Source: Octopus vulgaris
Lineage: Eukaryota
DNA length: 64,000 nucleotides
Reading direction: 5' to 3'
Assembly (NCBI GenBank): GCA_951406725.2
Contig: OX597814.1
Coordinates: 46,872,001-46,936,000 of the forward strand
The position numbers were made by a program, and so were the translations under genes. This document shows, in pieces, positions 49,131-63,543 of this stretch (position 1 is the first letter of the stretch; the number at the start of each line of letters is the position of its first letter). The notes under the pieces are model-generated. The model did no database searches. It saw only the letters and a program-made list of their open reading frames with translations, and had not been told where the DNA came from.

Positions 49131-49345
49131 ATAGGTGCATAGCTTAGTGGTTAGGCTGTTGCATTCACAATTGGGAGATCATGGTTTTGATTCTGAGCAT
49201 TGCATTGTGTTCTTGAGCAAAATATTTCATTTCATGTTGCTCTGTGATCAATTCATCATCTGACATGTGACATATAGTGTACCTGTACAGGTAATGTCGA
49301 TTTGGTAGAGGGAGTGAGCTTATGTGAACACAAGCATTTGTCCCA
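49131..49345 (+). mobile_element. tRNA-derived SINE fragment
   Basis: TAGCTTAGTGGTTAGG A box; TGCATTGTGTTCTTGAGCAAAA shared with 13811. Confidence 0.6.
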
Positions 49346-49379
49346 TGTCTTGTAGGATCTCTCTCTTCCACAAGCTCCA

Positions 49380-51170
49380 TTTACTTTAAGTGATTGGCAC
49401 TTTATGCAACTACCCTCATCCATATGCAGCACATGGCCAAACCAGCATAATCTTTTCTTCTGCCCATTTCATCTAATTCCTCTTTTGCCTAACTTTCTCT
49501 CAATTACATTAGCATTCAGTTGTACATATACACTGACATTGCACATATAACATGCTAGCATCATTCCCTTCTAGTCTATGCATGTCCTCTTCATTTAGGA
49601 TCTATGCCTCACTACTATGTAGCTGTTCATACACAAGCATTACATAATCTTCCTTTCACTTAGAGAAAGACCTTTTGTTGCCAACTGAGGCAAAAGCTCT
49701 CTGAACATTCACCCAATTCTTATTCTAACAATTATATTTTCAGATCATCCTCTTCTACTGCTAATTAGGTTACTTAAGAAACAGAAATTTCTATCTCTAA
49801 GAGCCTCCAGGACATTTGATACAATCAATTTTCCATGTATTTGTAGCTTTTATGGCTCCTGTGCATCTTCCATATGCAAACACTACTTTCTCTGTTAAAC
49901 GTCCTGTGATTTCACTGCACCCCTTATGTGTCTATGGCTTGCACTGAGTACACTGAATGAAATTCCTGCTTACACCTTTCCTACATATCAAGCAAAGCTA
50001 TTTATTTGAAGAGGGTAGGGTCCTGTCTGTTTTCTTGCTTACTAGGACATTGGTCCTTGCTAAGTTAACTTTAAAGCCCTTCAATTCCAGGTTTTGCTTC
50101 TACACCTGGAATTTTTTCCTAATTGTTAAAGATTCTGCTTTGAGAACAAGATCATCAGCATATAGTAGTTCCTGCAAGTAGCCAGTCTTAAATTCCTCTG
50201 TTATGGCTTGAAAGGCAATGATGGATAGGAGGTGCCTAGTGAACACCTACCTCTACACTAAATTCATCACTGTTCTCATGATTAACTCTTACCTTACTAA
50301 TAACACCCCTGTACATGGCCTGTACAGCTTTCACAGGCTATTTGTCTATCCTTGGCTTTCCCAGTGACTGCCATATCACAGAGGGTGGTACTCTGTTGAA
50401 GGCTTTCTCCAGGTCAACAAATGCCAAATACAATGGTTTATTCTTAACTAAATACTTCCTCTGCAGTTGCTTGACTATGGAGATAACATCAACAATGCTT
50501 CTCCCTGGTACAAAGCCAAACTGCATTTCTTCTTGTCTAATTCTCTTCCTAATCAATTGGTCTATAACTTTCTCCATAACTTTCATCACCTGTCCAGCAA
50601 TTTGATGCATTTTAAATTACTTCTGACTATAATACTGCTTTATCAGTCATTTGGGATGACTCCTTCCTGACAAATATTTTAAGCATCTCAGTAGTGGCTC
50701 CTGATGGACTAGGGGCTTTCTCTGTTTTCATATCTTTAATTGCCTTATCTATCATATTGCTGTCAATTAGAATTGCTGGTCCTTTTGTTGGGTTCACATT
50801 GAGGAAACTCCCTTTCTCCTATTCATTTTCCACATTTAATAGCCTTTCATAGTAGCACTCCCATGCCTTTTTCTTTTCAGAATCAGTAAGTGCAAGCACA
50901 CCATTATCTATCTGTTCACACTTCTCTCCCACAGTATCTCAATTCTCTCTGATACTCTGTCTAGGAATCTGGAATACCTCAAGTCTCTGATCTTCATACT
51001 GTAAGACATTGGCAAACCAGTCCCTGATTTTCACATTGTAAGATATTGCCAAACCATACCTATCTGAATTTCTATATCTTTCTTTTTCACTGTTGCTGAG
51101 GGTAGGGGTAACTTTGTTATTCCTGACACACCTCACCCCAAAGGCATTCTGTTTGCTCTAAGTACACTAC
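49380..51170 (-). mobile_element. Older decayed RTE LINE
   Basis: ORF 50338..50610 MQFGFVPGRS...LAFVDLEKAFNRVP; LLYADD and PHD remnants; many stops. Confidence 0.85.
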
Positions 51171-51406
51171 TATCCCACAAGAATGTTCCACATGTCTCAT
51201 TCTCTTAGCATAACATTAGAAAATCTCCTGCTCTCAGTCTCATAGCTACATAAATCTATTATCTTGCTTCCCACTTAACTTCTTATCACTCACTTTCTAC
51301 CATTTCATTCAGTCCTATCACTTTGCTCTTATACCTATCCATTGTGCTATTCCACCACCACTACTACTACTATAATACTGATGCTTGATTGTGTGCATGT
51401 GTGTAT

Positions 51407-51437
<31 letters not shown>

Positions 51438-51467
51438 CACTGACAGATATATTTTGTCTCTTTTCAG

Positions 51468-51638
51468 GAAGTCTTTTGGGAGCAAGTTGATGGAAATTCT
51501 GCCTACATTTTGTTTTATGAACGTCAAGGTGTCAAATTTAGTAAATTTATGCCTGATGTATCAGAAAAGGAGCCTGATATACAAGAAATTGATGATGAAT
51601 TTGAATCGGAATATCGCAAAATGTGTGTAATCCAGTGA
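51468..51638 (+). CDS. USP32: USP32 last coding exon: EVFWEQVDGNSAYILFYERQG...FESEYRKMCVIQ*
   Basis: ttttcag| acceptor; AYILFYE motif; CaaX end; TGA at 51636-51638. Confidence 0.95.
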   Translation, partial: EVFWEQVDGNSAYILFYERQGVKFSKFMPDVSEKEPDIQEIDDEFESEYRKMCVIQ

Positions 51639-54600
51639 TGAAGATTGTTTATTTAACATGACATCTTTACTCTACACTTGACCCCTTCAATATTGCTTTA
51701 CTCTACACTAGGCCATATCTGCTAACAGTCTATGCAGTATACCAAATGTTGAACCGGTGCTAGAGCTTTGGTGCCTAGCATCTAAAGTAGCTTACCTTCT
51801 TCAAAAAGTAAACAAAGAACTGAACACTACTTACCCTACAATGTTTGTCTCTAATGTCCTGTGTAAGCCTTCTCATTGTTTCTAGTAATGGCCAGTAGTT
51901 CTGGACTTAATGGAAACAGAAGATATTCTACAATTTCATTTTATTTATTTAATTTTTTTTTTTTTTTTTTAAACGTATATTAATTTCTTTTTCTTTTACT
52001 CATAGCATTAAGGAGAGCACAGAGGGTGGAGTGATTATTTACCCTTTTGTTCTCTTGTTTCAGTTTGGTCATCTACTAATCCCTTCAGAAGGATTAGCTT
52101 CTTTCTTAAAAAAGAAAAAGCGTAAATAAACCATTCTCTGTGCTCATTTTTATTAGCTCATGTTTAATACAGGAGTATGTAAAGTTGCAATAGAAAGATA
52201 CACCAAGTGCTATGTGTGTTTACTCTCTTCTTTCACAAAACCTTTTTTTACATTGTAATTTATTTGATATTAAAAATTTGTTTCTATTTAAAATTTTTGT
52301 TTTATACAAACATCTATATATTTAACTTACAAAATATATTTTCTCTTAATTTTCATTAAAAAAATCTTGTACTATAAATATGAAAATTATTTGTAAAATA
52401 TATATATACATTTGTTTGTTAATTTTATTTGTTTTACCATTTTTTTATTTTGGTGTATGCAATGGAATGTGTGAACATTTTTTTTTAATCAATTGTGCTG
52501 CATTTCTTTAAGAAAATCTCCAAAGACTCGTAATCAACAGTTTATTAAGTAGCTTAGTTTATTCCTATTTGCTAACAAAAGTAAGTGTCTTATTTATTAT
52601 TTTTTTTAAATACAAACACTATGAATTTCTCATTATGAAATTTCTACACTGCATGTAATTAATGAAAGAAATGATTGCACAAGGAAAATGTTGATATTTA
52701 TTCTCATATTATTGTAAACTAAATTGTCATTTGCTTTCAATGGTGCAATTATGTGTTTTGGCCATATTTGTTTCAAAAGAACAACCATTATTGTTGATAT
52801 TTTTTGTCTTCAAGCAAAACCAAAATAATATTTTAAAAAAATATGATTTTATTTAATTTTCAACTGCAATGTTAGCTCAGTAAGTTGAATTTTGAGATTT
52901 TAAAATTAGATTGATTGCATGTTTTGTTAGAAATTCCTTACTACACAACTACACTCAATTTTGACATTGATACAGTTACTGTTCTTTATGAACACTTATA
53001 TGCATAGTTATATGCATAAAAATTAACATATTCTGTATTAATTCTGCGACTTGCCTAACCAAATATTTGCAAAATTCTGTAGTATTTTAAAATAGGTTCT
53101 GGCAATGAAAGAATTAGCTGTCCTGAATATCACAATCTTGATATCTAAGATAAATAGCCTTTAAAAAATATTTACATATAAAAATTATAAGTTTTACTTT
53201 TAAATTTAAACCTTTTGATTTTTGTGAAAGTTGTTCTTTGTGTGTGGTTTAAAAAAAGATATATTTTTTTTTAATATTTTTTTTACAAAATCTTTATTGG
53301 TTGATTTATTTTTACATTTGATCATAGTTTTAAAATTGTCATCTTTCTATGTAACTCTCCGTTGTCCACCTCAACATCTATAGGTCACAGTATCCTCTCC
53401 CTTGTTGTAGAACAAATTTCTCTAGTAATTAAGGAATCAGCACCCAGCATTTATTTATTTTTATTCCTTCTTTCTGTGTATCCCGATGACATTTTGTTTT
53501 CTTTGACATTTATTAGTAAATAGATTTTCCATCAGTCAGTTGCCAAGCTGTTTGATTTCACCATTTGTTAGCCTACTTCTTGGATTCTTTTTCACATTTC
53601 ATCATTTACCGCTGTTTGTTTCTTTCTTTCATATCCTTCATGCTAACCAGAGTGAAATAGTTGTAACAGTTGCATTTAGTGTAGAAATATCTGTGAAAAT
53701 ATATTAAAATATCTTCTACCAACTTACTTCTACAAATTAGTATTTATATTTTGTTTTGTAGAAAAAAACCCCCAACTACTTGATTCTCTTTGGGATCTAA
53801 TCCATTACTTTCCTCTCTTGAGATGTTAATTTGGTGTAGTGTTGCTAGATGTTCAGTAAAAGCAAATATTGTATGAGTTGGAAACTTTTCCTCATTAATA
53901 TAATTTTCCAGTTTCAATGGATCATCCCTTTGAAAGACATTTGTAAGAAAACATTTGTATGTCTAAATTCCTTTACTCCCTGACAAAATTGTAGTCTTCT
54001 CCGGAAAAATTATTTAATTAAGTTGTAATTTTTAAAAATTTTATTTGAAGTCAACAACACAAAAAAAAATCTGTCAAATCAAGAAAACATTTTTACTGAA
54101 AATTTTTGTTAATTGATAGAATAAACGTTACTGATGCTTTAATTTTGTATCATGTTTTATTACATGATAATCTTAAAGATTAGCAGATTGTGCCTAAAAT
54201 TTGAAATTAACAAAGAAAGTTTTTAAAAGATCAGATTCAAATGAAAGTTCTTGGCTCTTTTTTTTCTTTTAATATGACTTTCCCAGAGTTATCTAAATGA
54301 AATATATTTTTCCTTTCGAATATTTGTGCTGATTACTAATAGCATATGTAATGTTAATATTTCATTTGGGTTGATTAAAATGTGTTGATATTCTTCCGCA
54401 ATTACTAGATCACTTCATAATTTTAAATGAGCAATTTGTATTAGTATATTTCAGCTGTTTACCTTGCCAATTTAAGTTCATTCTTTCATTTTCACCCGCA
54501 TAAAAATTGTTCTATGTTCTCAAAATAATTACTTAATCATTGTCTAGATTCAAAAGTGATTTTTTTTGTCAGGTATGTTTAGTTCTAATTCCATCAACCA

Positions 54601-56100
54601 CCAATTTTTTAAATTCCCATTAACACATATTGTTCTGTATAGAAGTCTGTGACTTAGTTATTTAAAAATACACTAAGCATTGAAAAACCTAAAGCAAGCA
54701 AGTGCATCTGTTGTGACTATATTTAATTTGGCACTTATCATAGCTAATCTCTGCTACTCTCTTAGTTGGGAAATCTGTCAAAGTTTTTACAATTCCCACT
54801 TGAGTATCTAGCTAATTCTTGCCAAAGTTTTTACTTTATATCAATTAAGCTTGTACTTTAACAGTTCTTCTAGAACTTTGTATTTAAGCATAAAACTTGA
54901 AACTTTATCTGAAAATAGTGAAAAACATCACAGAAATATTGCTGTCTATTAATTTGGTAGATAAAAAAATAAAAACCTGGCTATTGACATTTTAAATAAT
55001 TTTTTTTATTCTGTATATCTTTTTATTTGTTATTTTTGCTAATCTGGTAGCATTTGGCCCTCTCTATTTTATTCTTTAATTATTTCAATATTAGTCATAA
55101 ACCTCATAACTTATTGTTTAAAATTTGCAGTTGCTTCACTTTTAATAGCCATATTTTATTGTTGAATATTTCTGTTTTAGATAAATAGGGAATAATTTTT
55201 TTTTATTTCTTCATATGGAATTTAAAAAACAAGCATTTAAAAAGATTATTACTTTTCAACTGTGCAGACTATAGATAAGAGATTGGACTGCAGTTTCATT
55301 TTATATAAAAGATATCTATATATATATATTTGTACCCATTTTTCACATACATTCCAGTCTACTAGGAGACAAACTAAAATGTCAAGAAATGTTAGCTTTC
55401 AGGATTGTGTATTTCAGTGATTTTCTGATTTGACAATGACTATTCTATGTGTATGCATGTGTTTGCATGTGCGAGTGCTTGTCTGCACATATGTGAGCAT
55501 GGAAATAGTTGCCTTCCTCATAAGGTTCATAGTATGGTATGAAAAGAACAGAATTTTGTTTCATTCTGTGATGTCTTCCCTATATTAATTTAGACTAGTT
55601 ATATTAGTCTTTGAAATTATGGACTTTGTGGTAAACAGAGTAGTTGGCACAATTTTCATTGAATCAAATATTTGTTCAGTAAAATTTCTTTTTAAATTTT
55701 ATTTGTATTATTATTTCATTCGTTTCAAAAATCATTTAATGTTTTGTTTTGGGCTATTTTCCCAAACGGATGCAATCATTAGTTTGCTTGTCAAGTTATT
55801 AGAAAATCTTTGTAAGCTTCAATAGGACTTCCTAAATAATCATTATAAAGTTTTTACAATATTTCTTCTTTGTCCCTCTTCATCCCTTTATTTTTCAGAG
55901 TTTTTTTTTCTATTTCAATATATTTTTCACATATGAAAACATTCCACTTAAGTAGTTTTGCCATTTATTTTAGGCTAAAGTAGTTTGCTTACTTATTAAG
56001 CAAACTATTCATATTGGTTGAGTCCCCCACCTAAAAATCTAATATGAATTTAAGACAGTTGATGTTTATCTGTATAAATTTGGCACTAGTATAAAACTCC
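51639..56100 (+). other. Putative long USP32 3'UTR (3' end undetermined)
   Basis: Follows the stop codon; very AU-rich; no recognisable TE, unlike the introns; AATAAA at 52125 and 54120 among others. Confidence 0.45.
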
Positions 56101-56145
56101 CTCTGTGATTAACTTTACCAAGTAGACATTTCATTGAAATAGATT

Positions 56146-56150
56146 ATATA

Positions 56151-56206
<56 letters not shown>

Positions 56207-56300
56207 ATATAAATATATATGTATATACATGTGTATGCATGTGTACATACATGTGTGTGTAATATATGCATACATATGTGTGCTTATATATTTTATATAT
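56146..56300. repeat. (TA)n/(TG)n compound microsatellite
   Basis: Direct reading. Confidence 0.9.
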
Positions 56301-59300
56301 ATTGCACATCCACTCATGCCAGCATGGAAAATGGATGTTGAATGATGATGAGCTTGTATGTATTGTTTTAAACACTGTAAGCTGCAGTTAAGTTAAGTTG
56401 GATGTGCAAATTAATATTCTTAACAAAATCTGCTTCCATTGCTAATAGTTAATGTGTGTGTGTTTGTGTGTAGTTAGATCTGCATGGTTATGGTAAAAAC
56501 ACTTAGTTAGCCTCTAGCATAGACAAGGCTGTATAGGTAACACAAAGGGAGAATAATCAAGTTTATTAATCAGTGTATCCAGTACACAACATCCCATATC
56601 GAAATTAGACAGAAATTCTGATTAGATGACTGCTACTTAGAGCTCCATTATCAAGTAACAAAGGTTGCTTATTACGTGATAAATAAGTCTATGAATAAAC
56701 AGAATGGAATTGGTAGTTATGTACTACCACAAATTTCAAAAGGCATCTTGTGTAACTATAAGGTGCTACGTAATTATTCAGTATTCCTTTCCATCAGGTA
56801 CTTGCTATGTGTCAGAAATCATTTTGCTGTAACGAATTTGCAATGGGTTTGGTGCTCCTTTAGAAACACCTGTAGTACATAATTACGTATTCCTTTCAAT
56901 GGCCCAGTGGCTGTTGCTCAGTAGAATGTTATTTGGTCTTGAAATTCATATAAAGAAATTCTCACATTTATTTACTCTATCCGTTAGGTAATTCAGAATT
57001 ATCAAAATGTATGAGGAAATTGCAACTTTAAGAAAGTTTTAGCAACAAAACATCTAATATTTACTGAGATTAGTAAAGTTTTGTAGATAAACTAAATTTT
57101 GAGTCAGTTTTATCATATGATTTGATCATAACAGTTTGGTTATTTGTCTCAGATTAAGAAGGATTTTTAGTATTTTTTTTCTTTTTATATATGTTGGGGG
57201 TTACTCCGTGACTCTAGAATCAGACTAGTATCTTTCTTTTTGTTGCCTAAAATTTTCACTGGTTTTCTCAAAGTATTTTTCAATTTATATCCATTTTCTA
57301 CTTATAATCATATCTTAGTGTATCCATCCAAAAAATATAAGCAAGATTATAAACTGTTCTCCATTATTAGTATGAATAGATGGCTTTGTAAAAGAAAAAG
57401 AAATCGGTTTTGATCAATTTAGTGTTCAGATGAAAATTGTGAAATATCTTGAAATAGAAGAAATGACATTAATTTCTCTTGGCTTTATACAACTTTTGGA
57501 CATTTACCTACTATGGTTCATTCAAAACTTATATTTTGTTGAATTTCTTTTTCAACTATATCCCACCTCAGTATTGTCAGTTATTATCTATATTAAAAAA
57601 AAGTTGCTCTATATAAAGAGAGTTTGAATTGAAAAGTGATAATATGGCAGTTAGGAACTGAATATACAACAGAGGAACCAAACACAGCCAACATGGTTCA
57701 GTTTTGATATCTCTAAAACTGACTGTTGTGAGGGCATTAGTGGAAATCACTTTCAAAATAGTCAAGAACTTTAAAACAGAAACTTTTGAACTCATTAATA
57801 ATGTTAGTTTTTATTGTCTTTTGTTTTGGTTGTATAGTTTTATATTTTGAATCTGTTATAAAAATTTCATTGTTCTGCTTAGAATTTGTTTGTTATATGA
57901 GTTGTAAATCCTCTTTTTAACAAGAGAGAACTGAATTTATATTTGAAATTAAAAGAAAATTACTGGAGAAAATAAATTGGTGTATTTCAGTAAATTGCTT
58001 AAACTTGAATGAAATTTAAATAGACCAAGAGTCTCTTTTAAAAAAATAAAATCATCCTGATAGCAATTCCATTCTTGTTGCTGGCAAATATGAACATTTT
58101 CCTTTTTTTTTTCTTTTTTTTTTCCAGATGAAAGATTTTCCATTCCTCTTTGAACCTGGCTTTGTAAATATGTACATTTTATTCTCAAAACATTATCAGT
58201 AAACAGGGAATCAGAGTAAGTTGGAAAAATACCTGTTATGTTCCCTTATTCCATTGAGTAACCCTTTATAAAATTCATTGAAGACTATCTAAACGAGTTT
58301 ACAGACTTGTGCGTCTAAGTACAGTAGCATCAACAAGGGTTATTGTTGTGATAGCATCAGTGTGCAATTACTTTACAATATGTGATTTAAAAAAAAAAAA
58401 TGATATAACTTTGTGTTATTGTCAAATCTTGAGATTTTATTAATTGTTTTTTGTTTGTTTTTATTTTTAAGATGATTGAGAAGGGAATGTTAAGTGTGTA
58501 TATGCAAATGTGTGTGCAAGAAAAAGTGATGGAAAGAATATATGGTTCTATTGATTGAATAAACAACTCAAAACACCTCAAATATCAACTGGCTTTGTTG
58601 TTCTCTATATTGTATGGTTTCATTATATTGTGTAATTTATGTATAGATATTATTACCACTGCAGTATCACAACAATGAATTTATTTCTGCAGTTAAATGT
58701 ATGTGGTATACCTGAACTTTTTAAGAGCTTGTTAATATTGTTGATTGTGGGATAAACAGACTTTACAATTTGTGTAGTGTGAGAAAATGGAGAATGACCA
58801 AATGATTTCTTAAAAACGCAGAAAATGAGTAATTGCACCTAATGACTCTCTCTCAGAAAGGTTGTCAATCCAGAACAGCATGCCCAAGGAAGCTTTTCAG
58901 GGACTGTTATTGTTTGGAGTAACTCTAACAGATGTTATCCTCCATTTTTAGTACAGCCACTCTGTCTAGTTATGCTGATGATATCAATATATCGGAAATA
59001 ATCACAAGCTTGGATGAGATTGGAGCGAATTTAATTCAGGCAAGATTCAAGTACTTCACTACCAACACCACCACCTCCCCACTCATCACAGCCTGGACAT
59101 AGGAGGGACTACAATCCAATGGTCAAAAATAGATCTCTGTACTCTAGGTGCACTACTGAAAGCATTTGAAACTTGTAACATTCTGGAATGAAGAAGGGAG
59201 AGAAATGCAGTCATCTACATCCGGAATATTCTGGAGAAATTAGCACCTACTTTGGTATTGAAAGCGCTACCAACCCTGAATTGGTTGTTGTTGCATAATG

Positions 59301-59524
59301 CCCCAAATTCCCTTCTTTCCTGAAAACAACTCTTGGATATTCTATTGTGTACAATCTTAGATGAATGTGCACTGCAGTTCAAGAAACAGACGAGTATTAA
59401 CATTAAACTCACTCATTACCATGTGCGAAGTTACAATAAGCTTCATAACTATGTTTCAGTTTGAATGCAGCCAGGTAACTAAAACCACAAAAAGAGTATT
59501 TCAATCAAATCAAATCAAATCAAA

Positions 59525-60009
59525 TCAAACCAAATCAAAATAGATGAACATCAATGGAATTTGTATCCTTGTGGTACCAGTGCCGGTGGCACATAAGAAA
59601 GCCATCCGAACGTGACCGTAGCCAGTACCGCATCGACTGGCCTCCGTGCTGAGGGCACGTAACAAACAGCATCCGAGCGTGGCCGTTCGCACCTGTGTCG
59701 GTGGTACATAAAAACACCATCCGAGTGTGGCCATCTGCCAGCCTCGTCTGGCACCTGTGTCGGTGGCACATGAAAACACCATCCGAGCGTGGCCGTCTGC
59801 CAGCCTCGTCTGGCACCTGTGTCGGTGGCACATAAAATCACCCACTACACTCTCGGAGTGGTTGGCGTTAAGAAGGGCATCCAGCTGTAGAAACACTGCC
59901 AGATCTGACTGGCCTGGTGCAGCCTTTGAGCTTGCCAGACCCCAGTTGAACCGTCCAACCCATGCTAGCATGGAAAGCGGACGTTAAACGATGATGATGA
60001 TGATGATGA
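59525..60009 (+). mobile_element. RTE 3'UTR fragment with a tandem ~56-bp repeat
   Basis: Repeated GGTGGCACAT..AAACACCATCCGAGCGTGGCC units; AACCCATGCTAGCATGG...(GAT)n tail. Confidence 0.85.
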
Positions 60010-60337
60010 ATAATTGTATATGAGCTGATGGCAACTTGGAGTCATCTTTGACATATGGTGGGTCTATCCATATCCACAAAGACACTTTTAGCACTATATA
60101 AAAGTTGTTTACCATTGCCTTCTTCTGGAATTTCAGTTTTTTTTCCTACAGGCGTAATTGAACTGGGTACCTTTTTATAGTTTGATAAACTGGGCAGTGT
60201 CTTAGCCACTGATATAGCACAGTGCCATCAATAGGACACAAACCTCCAACAACTGGACATTTTTTACAGAAACCATTAAGCTATCCATGCTCTCAGTCTA
60301 ACAGACTTTCATTTTCTGTCTGCTATATTTCAATCAC

Positions 60338-60570
60338 AAGGCGGCTAGCTGGCAGACACGTTAGTGCACTGGGCGAAATGCTTAGCAGCATTTCGTCTGC
60401 TGTGATGTTCTGAGTTCAAATTCTGCCGAGGTCGACTTTGCCTTTCCTCCTTTCAGGGTTGATAAATTAAGTACCAGTTATGCACTGGGATCGATGTAAT
60501 TGACTTAATCCCTTTATCTGTCTTTGTTTGTCCCCTCTATGTTTAGCCCCTTGTGGGCAATAAAGAAATA
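60338..60570 (+). mobile_element. Young full-length SINE with a TSD, nested in an older SINE
   Basis: AAGGCGGCTAGCTGGCAG...GAGTTCAAATTC; TATATTTCAATCACAAGGC duplicated at 60324-60342 and 60571-60589. Confidence 0.88.
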
Positions 60571-61429
60571 TATATTTCAATCACAAGGCTTTGGTCAACT
60601 CAAGGTTGAAGCAGAAAATGTTTTTCAAGGTGCTGTATAGTTGGACTGAGCCTAGAACCATGTTGTTATGCAGGGAACTCTAACTTGCATGCATTACTGT
60701 ATACACTACTAATATAAAGTGACTCTAGATTATAAACTGCTACTTCCAACTAGGTATAAATGCAAATCTAACTTAGATTTTATTCTATATAAATCATCTA
60801 CAAGTTAAGCTCTTTAAAAATATTACTGAAATTTGCTAAACCATTTAACTTCTTTTTTTTTGATAAGGCAATGCAATATTATTTTCTTGATCACATACCC
60901 TGACAAATAAAATATGATAATTAGGCTGAGATTGTATGAGGAAGTTAATTAAAAGAAAATTACTTTATGCTTTTATTGTTGTAAAAGAATTTTTAGCTAT
61001 ATTATGAAGTACATACAACTTCAAAATGCTAAATTGCAAGTTATTCTTTTTGTGTGTGTATTTTCTCTTGTTATTTATTATATTTCTTCATTTAAGTCTA
61101 GGAATTTTTGTCTGCCAAGTAATGCATATCAAAAAATTACTTGTGATAATTAGCATTTGTAGTTATACTTTAATGAGTGTTAGAACGTTAAATAATTTTC
61201 AACTTCCACATAAACTAATGGTTTTTAGTCTGTCCTTAATTTTAGCAATTAATTAATATTTTCAATTCTCCTTGCTCTTATTTCTTTAAAGGCACAGTTA
61301 GAATTATAATTGTGTTTGCGTAGTTGTGTGATTCTAAGTTTTATCCTGGAATCTCTTTTATTAACTATTTCATTATCAGATTTCAAAAAGAATTTGAGAT
61401 CTTTCAAGACCTGAAATGTATTCACATCA

Positions 61430-62190
61430 TCTTTATCATCATTAAGGGTCTATTGTTCGTGTTGGCATAGTTTGACCAAGGCTGGCAAGCTGGAAGGCTG
61501 CACCAGACTCCATTCTGACTTGGCGTGGTTTCTATGGCTGGATGCCTTTTCTAACACCAACCACTCTGAGAGTGCGATGGGTGCCATTTGCATGACACTG
61601 GTATTTGCCATGACTGCAATTTTACTTGGCTTGATGGGTCTTCTCAAGCACAACATAATGCCAAAGGTCTTGGTTATTGCCTCCATGAGATCCAACACTT
61701 GAAAGGTGCTTTTTACATGCCATCAGCATGGATACCAGTTACATGACACCAGTATCAGCTATGACTAGGATTTCATTTAGCTTGACAGGTCTTCTGAAGC
61801 ACAGCATATCGCCAAAGGTCTCAGTCACTAGTCATTGCCTTATGTGAGGCCCAAAGTTTGAAGATCATGATTCACCACTTTGTCCCATGTCTTCTTGGGT
61901 CTACCTCTACCACAGGTTCTCTCCACAGTTAGAGACTGGCACTTCTGTACACAGCTGTTCTCATCCATCCACATCACATGACCGTACTAGCACAATCTTC
62001 TCTCTTGCACAATACAACTGATGCCTCTTATGCCCAACTTTTCTCTCAAGATACTTACATTCTGTCGAACATGCACATTGACATTGCACATCCAGCGAAG
62101 CATACTGGCTTCATTTCTTCCAAGCCTACACATGTCCTTAGCTGTCACAGCCCATGTTTCACTGCCATGTAGCATAGCTGTTCACACACT
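61430..62190 (-). mobile_element. RTE LINE 3' fragment
   Basis: ORF 61987..62175 LHGSETWAVTAKDM...QERRL; 3'UTR motifs. Confidence 0.8.
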
Positions 62191-62344
62191 TCTGTTTAAT
62201 ATAGAAGAGTATTTTCAAGATTTGAATATTATAAGGATTTTTCACTTTTATTGCTTTATAAGAATTGCCAGCTGTACTTCTGTCATTATGACCAATAAAA
62301 TTTATTATTTGTACAATAATTATTTGTACAGTCATTTTAGTTGC

Positions 62345-62378
<34 letters not shown>

Positions 62379-63543
62379 AGAATAGTTAAACCTCAGTGCC
62401 ATGAAAACTAGCAGTATTATGTAATTAACAAATTTCAGTTTATAGAGTGGCATTTAAGAACTTCAATAGTCCTGAGTCAGAATTTAAGCATCTATACTGC
62501 AGCCTTTTTCTACAAATTGTGCCACTGCCATGCTTAAAAAATAATATTAAAAATAGTGACTAGATATGACATCATTTCCTTGAAATTGTGTTTGAACAAG
62601 GTCTTTATTCTAAGGAATACACTTGGAACCTATATTTCATTTACTATATATTTGTAGCAAGAAGTGAAAGTTGAGTCACATTGTTTCCCTATGACACTTA
62701 ATGCTGTTAATTTGACTATTCTATCACTACTTATGTAACCATTACTTCCAACACGTATCTTCATTCAATTAAGAGGCATTATTCTCAAGCATTTCATTCT
62801 TTCAAAAGCAATTAAAAATTTTCCTATTTTGAAAACTACTGTCCAATTATCACAATATTCAGTACAGAACATGATTATTAGATAGAAATTTCTCAAAAAA
62901 TTTGAATCTCCTACTGGCCTATATTATCTATGGCAATTTTATGTTAAATATTGAATGTAACTCTATCCTTCATTAAGAAAAATTTTCATTATAAAGCAAG
63001 TTGAGAAACCCTTAATTTATTCAAGGGAGACATATTTGCTAATTTTACCAGAGAGAGATATTTGCCATTATGTTGATAGACAAAGTAATGTGACATGAAT
63101 CAGTGAAAAATTATTTTTTAATCAAATTTTAAATGTTAGATCTTTTCACTCTTATCTGAAAAACTTGAGAGATTGAAAGATTCTTTGGACTATATTTATT
63201 TAAATCATTCTTAATTGGATACTCATGGATCACCAAAGCAACTAAAATACGGCCATCTGCAACTTTGCCAATTTGGGATTAGGCATTTGATTTGAATTAT
63301 ATCAATAGTTGCTGTTGCACACTGGAATAAATATTGGAACTGATATACTAAAGACTGATAACACAAGACTAGTCAGCTTTGTTGTATCTGATGTTGAAGA
63401 CACTAACATGCTAAATCTTTATAACAGTTTTAAATAGAAAGTAGATGTACATCTTTTTTTATATTGAATCTCATGAACTGCTAATTCCTATTTTCCCACT
63501 TGTGAATTTTGGAAAAATATTTGAATTACTGTTAGGATATGTT

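Noticed and set aside
58860-59500. Slightly GC-richer segment as a possible exon of a downstream gene
   Set aside because: No recognisable peptide or convincing splice-bounded open frame.
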